The position numbers and the translations under genes were made by a program. Below the pieces are notes generated by a model. It was not told the DNA's origin. It did not search any database and worked only from the letters and a program-made list of their open reading frames with translations. A stretch of DNA of 64,000 bases from Camelus dromedarius (Eukaryota). Of this stretch, positions 11,991-24,780 are shown piece by piece; the first letter of the stretch is position 1; every line of letters starts with the position of its first letter. Location of the stretch: positions 50,532,001 through 50,596,000 of the forward strand of contig NC_087447.1 of the NCBI RefSeq assembly GCF_036321535.1, read 5' to 3'.

Positions 11991-14900
11991 GGCAACAAGG
12001 CCTAGTATCCAGGAGACAAAGGTGGCTGGATTATTATTGAATCTGGGGTCAGGCAGAGCTAGTGGGTTTGTCTACTTCTCTCCAGTCCTTGCTGGGCAAC
12101 ATAGAAGTTTCTCGGCCTAGCACCTGAGACACGCACCCTGCCTTTTCACTTCTCATTCACTCACGCTTTAGTATACCAGCATTCTCTTTCACACCCTAAG
12201 CTTTTACTGAAATTACATGTCTGTTTACGACACTGACCCCCTAAAGGACCATGATCTTCTCTGGTTCCTCCATGTCCCTGGAATCCAGCACAAGGCCTGG
12301 CCAGGGCTCCCAATGCCTAGGGGCTCTTAAATTACAAGGAGTTCTGTAGCCTCTGAAGACAAGCTTGGCTCCAGGGGTTGGGTGAGGCAGGAAGGAAGAT
12401 GGAGTGTGAGGATGGCCCTTCTGCTAGAAATCTCCAAAGATAGAAGGAAGCTGCAGAAGATGTGGTGGACTCCCCTGGAAGCATTCGAGCAGACCTGGGT
12501 GGGTATTTGGCAGTGATGTGATCACCAAGAACCAGCTGATCCAGAAGACCTACGAGCCTGGAGAGAATGTCTGAGTAGGAAAGCTGCTCCAAGGCCCTCA
12601 AGTCCAACCCCCTCAGCAACCCGATGGGGAGACTGAGGCCTCAAAAACGGGAAAGACTTCCCCAAAGTGAGTCAATGCCAAATCCAGGACTAGAAGCAGG
12701 TAGGTCTCCAGGCTCTGCAGAAAGAGGACAGGCCTGTTCTATTTGTCTTACAAAACAGGAGACCAAGGTCCAAAAAAGAGGCAGAAACTTGAGGTCACCA
12801 AGAGAGTCTGTGACAGACCATTTCTCTGGCTTCAGGGCTACCCCACGGATGCCTGGGCCCTGAGGTTGCTGACTGGAGGAGGAGGAGCCAGAAGCCTGAT
12901 CCCCACCCCAGCCAGACTGGTATGAGTCACACTTCCTCAGGCCGCTGGGTAGCGTCTTCTGACTGGAAAAGCCACCACACTCTCCCCTGACACTGTTCCA
13001 TCTGCCAAAACACCAAAACTCTGGGAGGAGAGGCCTACAAGGCCCTTTACCCACCCACCGAGAGTCTGAGGAGGAAACTGGGCTCAGAAAGGGGAGTGGC
13101 TGCTCCAAGACCTCACAGCCACCCCGGCCTGGCCAGCGGGCCTTGACCCCAAGCCCATTCTCTCTTGGGAGAGAGACAGACTTTGGCTCAGAGGGGAGAA
13201 TGCAGTAGCCTGGACACATCCAGCGGTGCAGAGGGAACAGCCACGGCCACTTGGCAAACAGTGGCAGCCTCTCCGTGGGGGAGCAGCCTTTGAGAACTGG
13301 GAGAAGAAACAGCTCAGAGGTACACATCCCTCAGCGGGGCTCCCTCAGACCCACGCTGTTCCCTCAGCCGCCCCCTCCCTGCCCCCAGCACCCATCATCC
13401 TAGTTGCTGCGCTTGGCCCTGCCCTGTCTCCACAGCATCACATGCCTCTAACTCAGTGTGATCTCTCTTGCTGCCGTGCCTTTGCATGTGCTGTTCCCTG
13501 CCTGGAATGCTGTCCCCTCCTTGTCCCTCTAACTCATACCCATCTTTTCTCCTTCAGCTGAGGCTTCTCTAAGAGGCTTCCCAGGCCCCCTCATGTGGCC
13601 CTTCCTGCTCCCCGAAGCAGATCAGGGGCCACCCACTCTAGATTCCCCAAGCCCAGGTGCCTCCTTCCCTCTGTCACAGTGCAGGTCACACCATGGTCAC
13701 TGTCTGTATCTGCCTCCCACAACAGGCTGGAAGCCTCTAGAAAACAGGAGTGGGCTCTGACTTAAGCAACATCCACAAGTGCAGCAAAGAGCTGACCACA
13801 GAGGATGGACTCATTCATTCATTCCACAGATGATGACAGGACACTATGTGCCAGGCACTGTTCTAGGTTCAGGGGCAGAGCAGGGAACAATACAGATAAA
13901 ATTCCTGCTGCATGACACTCATTCTGTGGGGGTTGGAGAGGGGGAAGGGGGGCAAGTGATAGTGAAGGTCTAATAGTCCAAATCAATTCGGATGGTGTCA
14001 GGTCCTTTGAAGAAAGTCAAAATGTTTTTTGAACTGCAGATAGAGAGACAGGGGCTTCAGACAGGTACAGCAGGCTAGGGGGAGGTAAATTCCAGGCTTA
14101 TCCACCTATAGGTCCTTCCACTACATTCCTCTCAAGGGCTGGCAGGCGGTGGGGGCAGGCAGCATGTAGGAAGGAGGACTTGGGGCCCCCTGGAAGTGCC
14201 AGACGTCTCTCCCACCCACAGACACGCTTCCTGGCTCTCCAGGAATTTGATTCAGCGACAGTTACTGAGCAGTTAGCTATGAAAAAGTCACAATAGCTGC
14301 CATTTATTGGGGGCCTAGAGAGTTCCAGGGGCAGAGCTGGCTGCCCTCTCTCACGGAGGCTCTCAGCAGCCTGCTGGGGTTGGGTATTTTTCAGGGTCAC
14401 ACAGCTTGTCCCTGGCCCAGCTGGGATCTGAGCCCAGGTCTGGTGACTCCTGGGTCCATGTGCTTCCCACACACCCCACAGACCCCCAAAGCCTTGAAGG
14501 GAAAGCAAGTGGTCCCAGCGGTGAAAGGAACCAGAACCTGAGTCTGGATTCCGAGGTCCTAATCCCAGCTCAGATTTGCTGTGTTGGGAGGAACCCCTTT
14601 ACTCCTCTGTGTCTCAGTTTGCTTCGTGTCTAGAGGAGCCCATTCTCCAAGCCCACCTGGGGGGTTGCTGTGAAGGTCAGATGAGATACAGTGTGTAAAG
14701 ATTTGGAGAAATACCACAGACACAACAGTAGCCCCTCCACCCCTGAGACCCCCACCAGGCCACCCTCCCTGCCCCTCCAACCCTGACCTGGTGTCGGGGC
14801 CTAAGCCGAGCTGGCCAACCACACACGGCAGGTCTGCTGCTGAGCCTGAGCGGAGGCAGGAGGCTCTGTGAACTTTGAGCACCTCACAGCCTGGCAGGCA

Positions 14901-15196
14901 GAAGGCCAGTGTCAAGGCCAGGGCTGAGGCTGAGAACAGGACTGCTAGTCTGGGGCAAGGTGAGGTCCAGGGCCAGGGTCAGGTGTCCTGCAGGTTCATG
15001 CTGAAGCAGGATGACTCAGTAACCTCCCCACTTCCCTCCACCCAGAGCCAGAGGCCGGGCCCGGGCATGGAGGGGAGGCACAGCTAGCATTTGCTAAGGG
15101 CCTACTGTGTGCTGGTGCTTTCTCAGGCATTATCTCATTTAATCTACTAGTGAAGCACAGAGAAGTTAAGTAACTAGCTCGATGTTGCATGAGGAG

Positions 15197-15574
15197 TGTA
15201 TTCATTTGCTCCAGCTGCTGTAACAAAGTGCACAGACTGGCTGGCTTACACAACAGAAATTTATTTTCTCACGGTTCTACAGGCTAGAGGTCTGAGGTCA
15301 AGGTGTTGGCAGGGCAGGTTCTTCTGAGACTTCTTGGCTCGTAGGAGATCATCTTCATGTTCACGTGGCGCCCTCCCTCCACGTGAGTCTGTGTCCAACT
15401 TTCCTCTTCTTATAAGGGCACCAGTCATATTGGAATTGGATCTGCCCTAATGACCTCATTTTAATTTAATTACCCCTCTAAGGACTGTATCTCCAAGTAC
15501 AATCACATTCTGAGGTACTAGTGGTTAGGACTTGAACACATGGGTTTAGGGCAAATTCAATTCAGCCCATAACA
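15197..15574 (-). mobile_element. MaLR LTR MLT1B-like, inserted into a MIR
   Basis: The reverse complement starts TGTTATGGGCTGAATTG...gtcctaaccactagtacctcagaatgtga. TG/CA ends with a 5-bp near-TSD (AGGAG/ATGAG). MIR sequence continues on both sides. Confidence 0.85.
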
Positions 15575-16814
15575 ATGAGTAAGTGGCAGAGCCAGACTGA
15601 ATTTGGGTCTCTCTGGCTAAAATCTACCCTTCTTCTATGGTATCACATGACACTTCTTCCTCTCCCCTGAATCCAAGGCTGATTTCTCATCAGCCAGCCA
15701 CCAGGGCAGCTAGCATGTTCCAAGCATCCACTGCATACCAGGTGTTTTGTCCCCTGTGAGGTGGGCACCTTGAAGAACTGAAACTCAGACAAGGGAAGTG
15801 ACCAGAGGGTACACAGGGAGTCCATAGCTGAGGCAAGACATGAACACACATGTCTGACCCGCCCCACCCCACTTGCCACACTGCTGCCCCTCCTGGGGTA
15901 ATATTCACACTACTTGACCACAGTATGACCACACAGCATGGCCAAATGGATGCTGGCACTCCTGTCAGGGTGAAGGGCTACCGGGCACTAACCACTGAAT
16001 TGCTGGAGTACCCGGCAGAAGAGGGAGCCCTAGAGGAAGTTCAGGGAAATGGCTATTTATGAACCAAAAGAGACGTGTATCCATCTTTGTACACCCATTG
16101 AAGCAGTCCCGATGCATACAGTCTGAATAGCAGCCCCACTTTCTACCATCAGTCATTCTTTGGGGGGTTAGGACCATCACTAAAAGCCAGAGTGGAAAAC
16201 TGCCAGAAACTCCTCCTAACCTGGAAGGTGCTTGACAAGAAAGCGTTTCTTTCCTTTGAAAATAAAAGCCATGGCTAAGGAATTATAACTCAGAAATAAA
16301 GGTCCAGGCTTGGATGGAGCCAGAGAAATCACACTATCCAAGCCCCTTAGTGTACAGATGGGAGACTGATGCCAGGGACAAAGATCTGCCTGGTTTGCAC
16401 AGGGAGCTGGGCCGGAGCCAGGGCTTGCACGCTCCCTGACCACATCTGCCCAAGTTCCCTGACCCCACCGGAATCCGCTTTCCATGCTCACCCACTGCTC
16501 ACACAATGAGGGCTTGTAAGTTCAACAGCCTCTTGGTCTGCTGATTTCCCCTGGAGATAAGAAGCCCAGAACAGGACACCAGAGTCCCTGGGGTGTCCCA
16601 GCCGGCCCTTACCCAGGCTGGGCTGAATAAGCCAGGCAGCCATCCCTGGAGGAGATGCCTCATCCACCTGCCCATCCAGGACCAGGCCAGCTGACCATGC
16701 TGTTGACCACGGGGCCTGGATGGGCCCCTATCCATGAGTGAGAGGGCAGGGGCCTTGTGGTGTCATTGGAATTCCCTCCACCCTGAACCCCCAAGTAAGT
16801 GAATCCATTCAGAA

Positions 16815-17010
16815 CACAGACTCTGAAACCAGACAGCCTGGATTCAAGTCTTGGCTTCACCACTTGGTAAGTCCATGAATCAAGCAAGTTATTTAACTTC
16901 CCTATGCTTCAGCTTCCCTTTCTGTACCATCGGAATGATAACAGTAGTGCCTTCCTCAAAGAGTTGTGAGGATTAAATGAGTTAAGACAAAAACTGTATC
17001 TTGCCCATTG
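16815..17010 (+). mobile_element. MIR
   Basis: ccagacagcctggattcaagtcttggcttcaccactt...gcaagttatttaacttccctatgcttcagcttccctttctgt...gttgtgaggattaaatgagttaa. Confidence 0.75.
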
Positions 17011-19924
17011 TAAGCTTCAGCCAAGTTGTTAACTTTAAGTTATATTGACTGGAGTCACCATCACAGATGACAACAGCACAAAAACTAACTTCAAGTTCCA
17101 GCTCTGCCTCTTTCTCACTGTGGGCAACCTTTCTGATCCCCAACCCCCAGGGTCACCACGACCATCAAAGGTAACCATGGCATGAACCCTGGGAAACCGT
17201 CCACAAATGTTGAATTCCTGTGACTATCACCAGAAATTAAAATGAAAGCAGGTTGACAGACAAGTATCCTTTTTTTCTTTTCAGTACTGGGCCTGCCCTT
17301 CAGCTCCAAATAGTAGGACTTAGCACTGGCTGGGGTGGGAGGGCAGCCCTCGCCCCCACCCCCACCCCCACCCCCGCCACAGACGGTTCACTGACCCCGG
17401 CTGCTTACCATGAGCTGAAGCATCCTCCCTTATATAATCATTCCCCAGATGTTTGTTCGGGAAGCACAGAGTTGGTGGCTGATGAACTTTATTCACCCAT
17501 CTGGGAGGGCACCTGAGTTCAGTCACGCACTGGCCCTGGGCACATACCCTTGGGTCACAGCGCCCTGCGTGCTGCCCTGCTCTTTCACCCTTTCCTCCTC
17601 TCCCTCCCCGCCCTCCCTCCTCCTTCATCTCGGTCTCTGCTTCCTGCCTCCCTCCACTCAGCTCACCCTACCTCCCTCCCACTCAGGCCCTGGTTTTGAG
17701 GACAGACCTTGACCTCCCAGCTCCTAGGCCTTTCACTAGAGGCACTCAGGATTTCAATCTTTGGAGTTAAGAAGGGAGGTTATTAAGAATAGTGGAGACA
17801 GCAGAGCAGAGGTTTGGAGGATGGAAAGCACTGATGTGTCTGGGGACCTGTCACCTGGTGCAGGTGACCATCGGCTATGTATATGGATGGGAAAGGAGGC
17901 TGCATGGGGGCTCCCCTTGTGATCCCTCAAGAACACTGAGATGCTGACACCGGCAGAGCTATGGGGCAAACCCCTAATGGTTGGTGTGCTGCCGCCTGGG
18001 ACCAGAGCCCACTCATAGGGTCCGAGGTGACCCAGCACAAGGACCTCTCAGCAGGTGAGCTGGAGCCAACTCACCAGCTCTGGTTGAAGTTCTGGGAGGT
18101 GTGAGCCTGGAGGGGCCTGGCTGAGCCCTCCAGGTCTCTCAGGTCCAGCAGCCGCAGCCGGGGTTTAAATCTCCTCCCAGCCCCTCGAAAGCCATCCAAC
18201 CACTGCCTCTTTCTGAGCCTATGTTTCCTCGATTCTAAAATCAGACTAATTTCTCACTTTTTGTTGGGACATTCACAGAGGTGATGCCAGTAGTCATACC
18301 TGGAGCACAGCAGGAGCTTCAGAAACAGTAGTCCCCTCCCTTGCCAGCTAATCCATTACCCTCTGCTCTCAGCTCTGAGGGCAGGTGAACTGAGCACCCC
18401 TATTGTTCAACAAGGCTTTACTGTCCACCTCCTAAAATGTTTATTGTGAGGGATTATCGTTACTATTATTGATCATAATAAACACTTACTGAGTAATTAC
18501 TGTGTAAATACGTGGCCCACTTTACATAAGTGACTTCATTGAATCCTTTCTACTACCTTAGAAGGTCATCATTTCCTTTACTTTACAAAAAAGGAAATGG
18601 AGTCTTTAAAGGAGCCCAGAGGAAGAGGCAGAGCTAAAATTCAGCCCCAGGTCTGTGTGTCTAAGAGTTGAGCACCTTCCTGTTTTCTCTGGTTGTTCCC
18701 AGCATATTTTGTGGCCCATCATTTTCCTGGCAGCCTCCCTGCTTGGTCCAGTTTCCAGGGCATGAAGTAGTGAGTGCGTAGGGAGGCAGCATGGTGGAGC
18801 CGAAATAGCCCAGGCCTCAGAATCAGAGAATCAGGTTGCAGTCCTGGCTCTTCCACCCCTGAGCTGAGTGGCTTTGAGCAAGTTGTTGTACCCCTCTGAG
18901 CCGCAATTGCCTCATCTAAACAACAGAGATCAGAGGAAGTAATGTGTGCACTCAACGCAGATTCTGACCTAAATGCCTCTTTCCTTCTCATTTCACACAT
19001 GGGTATGAGAATCACTTCGCACACATGACCTTGCCATGGTCATAGAAGGAATAATTAACCAGAACTCTCTGCTTAGCTGTTGGACCCAGAATGTAACCAT
19101 CTGGCACCAGCTGATGAATGAACCCTGTTCACCACCATTTTCAGAAACCCCAAGCATCATTCCTGATGTTCTAGACCAAAGCAAATGCCTCCAGATAGTC
19201 TAGAACCAGGGAGATTGGGAATTCAAGGAGACTATTCAGAGTCCAAGGGAGTGGATTCTATCTGTGGCTCTGCCCCAGCATGCTGTGTGATCCTGGACAA
19301 GAATCTACCCTCTCTGAGCCTCAGTTTCCCTACCTATAACATCCAGGCTTTGAAGGCAGTTCGGCCTTTCCTGATTGTAGAGAATCCCTCCTGAAGGGTG
19401 CTTGTCCCCTCCCCCAGGCCCTAGCCCTGAGCACCGATGCACGTCAGGCCAGGGCAGAGGCCCTGTCCTTTGGCCGCCAGGAAAATAAGCCCCAGAGCAC
19501 AGGCAATTTAAGTAAAATAACCCAACCAGATCTCCCAGGGAGAAACCGAGACAGTTGTTTGGTTATAAGGAGACTCCCTCAAGTCAGAGGGAGCAAGATG
19601 TGCACGTTCACAGTCAGAGTCCATGGTCTCATCACTGACAAGCCCCAGACTGGATGGGAAGGGCCTCTTATCAGTGCTTTATTAAAAATCAACCAGAAAG
19701 TCAGAGAAAGGGCTTCATCAACTTGCTTGAACTGAATAGTCTCTGGTCCCACAAATCTACATCATCTAAATCCAATCACTGTATTTCCATGATTCTTATG
19801 TCTGATGACTCTGAATGTAACAGTCTCTGTTCCAAACATCTGGTTCCTGTCCCTAACACCGTGGTGGTTCTGTTATGCTTCCAACATTCATGAAGTCTAA
19901 AAGCCCATTCTCCTACACATTCTC

Positions 19925-20660
19925 ATTAAGTGCCTATGATGTGCTATGACGGTTCTGAGTTTGATATCAGGGACACAGCAGCCAGCACGGCAGAGTCCCT
20001 GGATTCACAGAGCTTACAGTCCAGAGGCAGAGAGTACAAGCGTGAGCCCGTTCTGACAGTGTGGGGAGGACCGTAATGGAAGAGGCAGGGGGGGTTGCAG
20101 AAGCCCTGGGCAGAGCACAGACCCACATGTAGTGGGTCAGAAAAGACCTCCTGAAGAGCTGCCAGCTAAGCTGCACCTGGAGGCAGAGGTGGACGTTAAC
20201 CAGAGTTCTAGTTCACAAGAACATCAGGGGCAAAGTCTGGGATAGGGGTGGGGGCACCTTGTCCAAGGAATGGAAGGTAGTTGCTTATGTCTGGAATGCA
20301 GAAATTCAGGCGAGAAGTGAGGCAGGAGAGTTAGGCTGGGGTCAGGTTACACAAGGTCACAGTAAACAATTACAACTTCATCCTAGAAGTAATGGCCATG
20401 GGAAGATTTTAAATCGGGAGAGAACAGATTAGTATTGCATTTTAAAGAAACCCTTGGACTGCTCCGAAGAGCTTGGTCTAGAGGTGAAGATATGCAGGTG
20501 GGGAGACCTTGGGTCTTTCCATGGTCTAGGCAAGAAATACCATCACTTGGACCAGGATCAGGTGATGCAAACAGAGAGAAGAGACAGATTTGAGAAGCTT
20601 GGGGATGAACCGACCATGGGGGTGAGGAAGGGAGAGGAGGAGACTTGGAGGAGTCCCAGC
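19925..20660 (-). mobile_element. L2 fragment
   Basis: Contains attaagtgcctatgatgtgc, gagcttacagtccagaggcagag and catgggaagattttaaatcgggagagaac...gcattttaaagaaacccttgg. Confidence 0.65.
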
Positions 20661-20965
20661 TGTGACACACGGTGAGGGTTGGTCAGCCAGTATGAGCAGC
20701 TTAGCAGTAGGAAGGGGCAGCTTATGGTTTTCTAGAAGGTAGAAAGGTGGGAGGTGGGAAAGTGAAAACAAGACTATCACATCCAGACTATCATTTAAGA
20801 AGTTTAACTGATGCAAGGCGAGGAATTCAGTAAATGCTCAGTGAATATTTCGAAGTGAATGTATCAGAGAAATGACTAGGGAGGGAGCGTGCCATGACTG
20901 CAGGCTGCAGGAAGTATTCCTTTGTTCTTTTGGCTTGTTTTATCTGAACATGGGAGATACTAAAA

Positions 20966-21306
20966 TAGAGGTTCTCTAATTTCCCATTGTAACTGGTTAG
21001 TGGGATGTGAAATCAATGTTCAGGGTTGTGACCACCATTGTTACTCTTAGTGGAATAGGATAGGAGAGAAAATAAAATATCATAGTGTACCACCACAGGA
21101 AGTATTGTTTTGTCAAACTCTGCTTTCAGTTGTATGTATATATACCTGTGTCCCTGGTCATGTGATAATATGCATTTGTTACTATGGGCTGTTGTAACAA
21201 GCAGAGAGACAGAGAAAGAAAGAAGGAATGAGAGAGAGAAAAAAAAGAAAAAGAAAGAAAGCAACAAAGAAAGAAAGGGAGAGAAAAGAAATCTGAAAAC
21301 CTCTTG
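20966..21306. mobile_element. hAT-Charlie-type MITE relic interrupted by a GA-rich microsatellite (~21203-21290)
   Basis: ttagtgggatgtgaaatcaatgttcagggttgtgaccacc, aagtattgttttgtcaaactc...ttcagtt and atttgttactatggg...tctgaaaacctct resemble a Charlie-family non-autonomous element. Subfamily uncertain. Confidence 0.5.
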
Positions 21307-24300
21307 ATAGAATTTGTTTGCTTATAAATAGGAAAGATTCTAACGTTCTCTGAGAGTCAACTTGTGTGGGGGTAGTATTCTGCAATTCTGTTTGCCCTGG
21401 GACAGATGGTAATAAATTGAGCACACAACCCTTTGCACGCAATAATGTAATCATGCAGCCCAAGCCTGATAACAAAGTTCCCAGAGTTCATTGGCCCTCA
21501 AGGACTAGACTAGCCTGGAAGGCTCCTGCAGCATGGTGTAGATGAGACCGCTGCCTATAGAGGGCGCTGTAGCAAGGGGCCAAGAAAACAATGATCCAAC
21601 AGACCTGATCGGCGGGAAATGGCCCTGCAAACATGTTATTATTAATAAGCTGTTCTTGTCCAGGTTAGTTGGTGACAAAGCCAGGCCTGGAATCCCAAGT
21701 CCTGACCTCCAGCCAGGGACCCATTGCCTGCAGAGTGTGGTGGTAGGACACAATCTGTTTCTTGTCAGAAAGACAGATCAGACAAGGAGGAAAGGGCAGA
21801 GGGTCCAGGTAATTGATAAGGACTGACAGGCTAAAATAAGAGAGAGACAGGGGCAGAGGAGGGGACAGAGGAGGGAGGGAATGAGTAGTGTGTAGGGTGA
21901 GGGGTGTAAGGTCTCAAGAAGGAGACTGACAGGCTAACAGGACAGGGGACGAGGTCTCCCAGAGCCTTCCCTCCTCCCTGGGCACCTTCGCTGGGGCTCT
22001 CTCAGATGAGCACCTGACAATGTAAGAGCTCACCAGAGATTCCCATGCATGTGGCACCAAGGACTGTCCCCTCGGCCAGCCCACAGGGCCCCATGCCCTG
22101 TGATGTGCTTCCCTTCTCTCAGACCTGCCCCTCACTGGGCCTTCTCATGCCCCGTACCCCAGCTGCACTGAACCACTTACTGCTTTATACTCTCCCCTCT
22201 GGTCTTTGCTCCTTCTGGCTGAAATGCCCTGAACTTCCTCCTGAATCCCATAGTCCTGATCCCTCCATGCGCAGCAGGGCTCTCCCAACCACGGCAGCTT
22301 TCCTCAGCGCTTTGACTAGAACCTGGCCCCTCTCTGTTCTGAATATTCTGCACAGATTTCTATCAAAGCATCCAAAACTCTTTAGGATCTTAAACACATT
22401 TGTGTCAGTGCCCCCATCCCAACTGCAAGCTCCAGGAGCCCAGCACCAGACCTGATGTGTCAGAGGTTCGATAGGTAAACATTTGTTGGATGGATGGATG
22501 GACAGTGGGTAAAGACAGTAGGACAGAGAGATGGAAGGGCAGCATGGATGAAGGGGAAATACGTAGTTACAGTGGTGATGCAAAGAGTTTAAAAAAGCTC
22601 TTGACTGGGAGTCTAGAAGCTTTCCCGTTCATTAGCTCTATGACCTGGGACAAGTCACTCCCCCTCTCTGGACCTCAGTCTCCCTGTACAGAGTAGAATG
22701 CCTGAGTTCTGATCCCCAAGGGCCCTTCAGCTGCCACGTTGCCACCACGGTGGCAGATGCCATCATACTCTGTCCGAACACACAGGTCAGCTTAGCTCCT
22801 GGATGCAGGGATGAGGGCAAAGGGTCAGAAGAAGCCTGGAAGCCAAGCTAGGGAAGGGCAGTGCCTGAGGTCTGGACCCGGCCTCCTGGCAGGAGACCAG
22901 CTCTGATAGCAACTCAGGAAACCATTTGTTCCCGCTGCCCCACCACCACCACCATACTGGGAAATCTGGAGGCTGAGGCCTTGGTAGATTTGACCAACAG
23001 TCTTCTGCCTCTTTGCAAGCCAGGATCTCCTGGCTCAGAGGGTCGACCAGAAGTCCATGGCTCTAACTGAGGGAGCCTCCCTCTCTACTGGGTCTCTTCC
23101 CCATACTCAAGGTCAAAGCCACCTTCCATTTTTTTCTCTGTAGTAGGAGAAAAAAAATCTCTGTGCCTACCAAAGAACATCTCACGTTGTGTTCTCCTGA
23201 GCGATAAAATCAGGCCCCTGCCTCTGTTTCCCTGTCCAGTTTTACAAATGTTTTTCCCATGCTGTAGAATGAATGAATAAATCATAATAGTAGTTGTCAA
23301 TAGTCATCAAGCGCTCACTATATCCAGGCACAATTCTATACCTTCTACATGGATTAATTCACTCACTGTACCATGGAAGCACAGAGGAAGGGCCTCTAAC
23401 AGTAGAGTTAAGGATTGGGACAATCAGGGAAGGCTTCCTTGAAGAAGTGATAACCTGAGCTGAATTCTGAATGATTAGTACGAGATGGGGTAGGGCAAGG
23501 GGCACTTCCTTAGAGACGACAGCAGGAGCAAAGACATGGAGACAGCAAGGAACTGCCAGAATCTTCAGGGAACCCCAACAGCTGAAGATGTTGAGGTATC
23601 AGGTGGCAGCAGAAGGCAGGGCTGGAGAGGGGGCTGCAGAGAGGCACAATCCAAGTGCTTCCAGGCTCAAAGGAAGACAAAGTGTGGGAGATGGAAATGT
23701 CTTTGTGGAGGAGGCAGCCGGGCTTGGAAGACAGCTAGGACTGCAGCTGGTAGATTGGGCTGAGAAAGTCATTCCAGGCAGGGGGAACGCACGGAGGTGG
23801 GAGAGTGGGAGAGAAATATTTAGGGAAGCATTTGATTTGGCAGGATGGGAGGAGTATTTGTCGTACGGTGACTGCTGAGACACTAGCAAAGCCCGTGCAC
23901 AGAATCTGGCCCCACAGAGGAACGGCTGGAGTTCTGTCTCCAAGACCCAGTTTTAAGTTCTATCTGTGTGACCCTGGATGAGTCACTTCTGAGTCTCAAT
24001 TTCCGCATCTGTCAAATAGAGGTGATAAGAGACTACCCAAGAAGTTGGCTTAGAGGTTTAAAAACGAGATTGTGTGTGGAAGGACTTTACAAACCCTAAG
24101 GCATTCTGCCTTGTCCCCCAATCCTTGTACTGACATAAGAATCACCATAGGCGCTTTTAAAAACCACAACATATCACAGGCCAACCTGGAATCAGAAGAA
24201 GGTTGGACTGGCATTTTTTCTTCCAGCTCTTCTTTTTCATTATTTCCACGCGTGGTCCCGATGCTCTATTAACTTTAGATCTGCCAGCTTCTGACAACTG

Positions 24301-24589
24301 GAAAGAAGAAAATGCAGCAAGAAGAATAATTAAGAGACCGTGGAAGTTCCTGGGAATACATTGGTTTTGGAGGGTTTTCTGGTCAGGGCTCGACACCTAT
24401 GATAAGGGACAGAAAAAGAAAGACCTTTTTGCTTTCTCAAAATGTGGGTAGCCAAAGGGACTAAAGGCACCTTTTACCTCCAGTCTGGAGAGTTCTGAGA
24501 GAAAAGAGATCCTCAACCAATACCCCCAGCTGCAGTGTGGCTGGGCATGTAATTCAATTAAAAGCACACAGCGCCCTACAACTTACAAC

Positions 24590-24780
24590 ATATTTGTAAT
24601 ATTGTATTAATTTGTCTGATCCTCCCTATATCCCTGTGAGATAGGGTTTCTTACTTATTCTCCTTTTACAGATAAGGAAACTGAGGCTCAGGGGCAGGGA
24701 GTGACTAGCCCAAAGCCCATAGGTAGCCAGGGATAGAGCAATGGTTTTCACCTGGGACTCCTAGGTTCCAAGGCCTCCCT
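24590..24780 (-). mobile_element. MIR
   Basis: atccctgtgagatagg...ccttttacagataaggaaactgaggctcagggg...gtgactagcccaaag. Confidence 0.75.

Noticed and set aside
12641..13327. 228 aa minus-strand ORF
   Set aside because: It overlaps MIR relics and shows no domain or exon structure.
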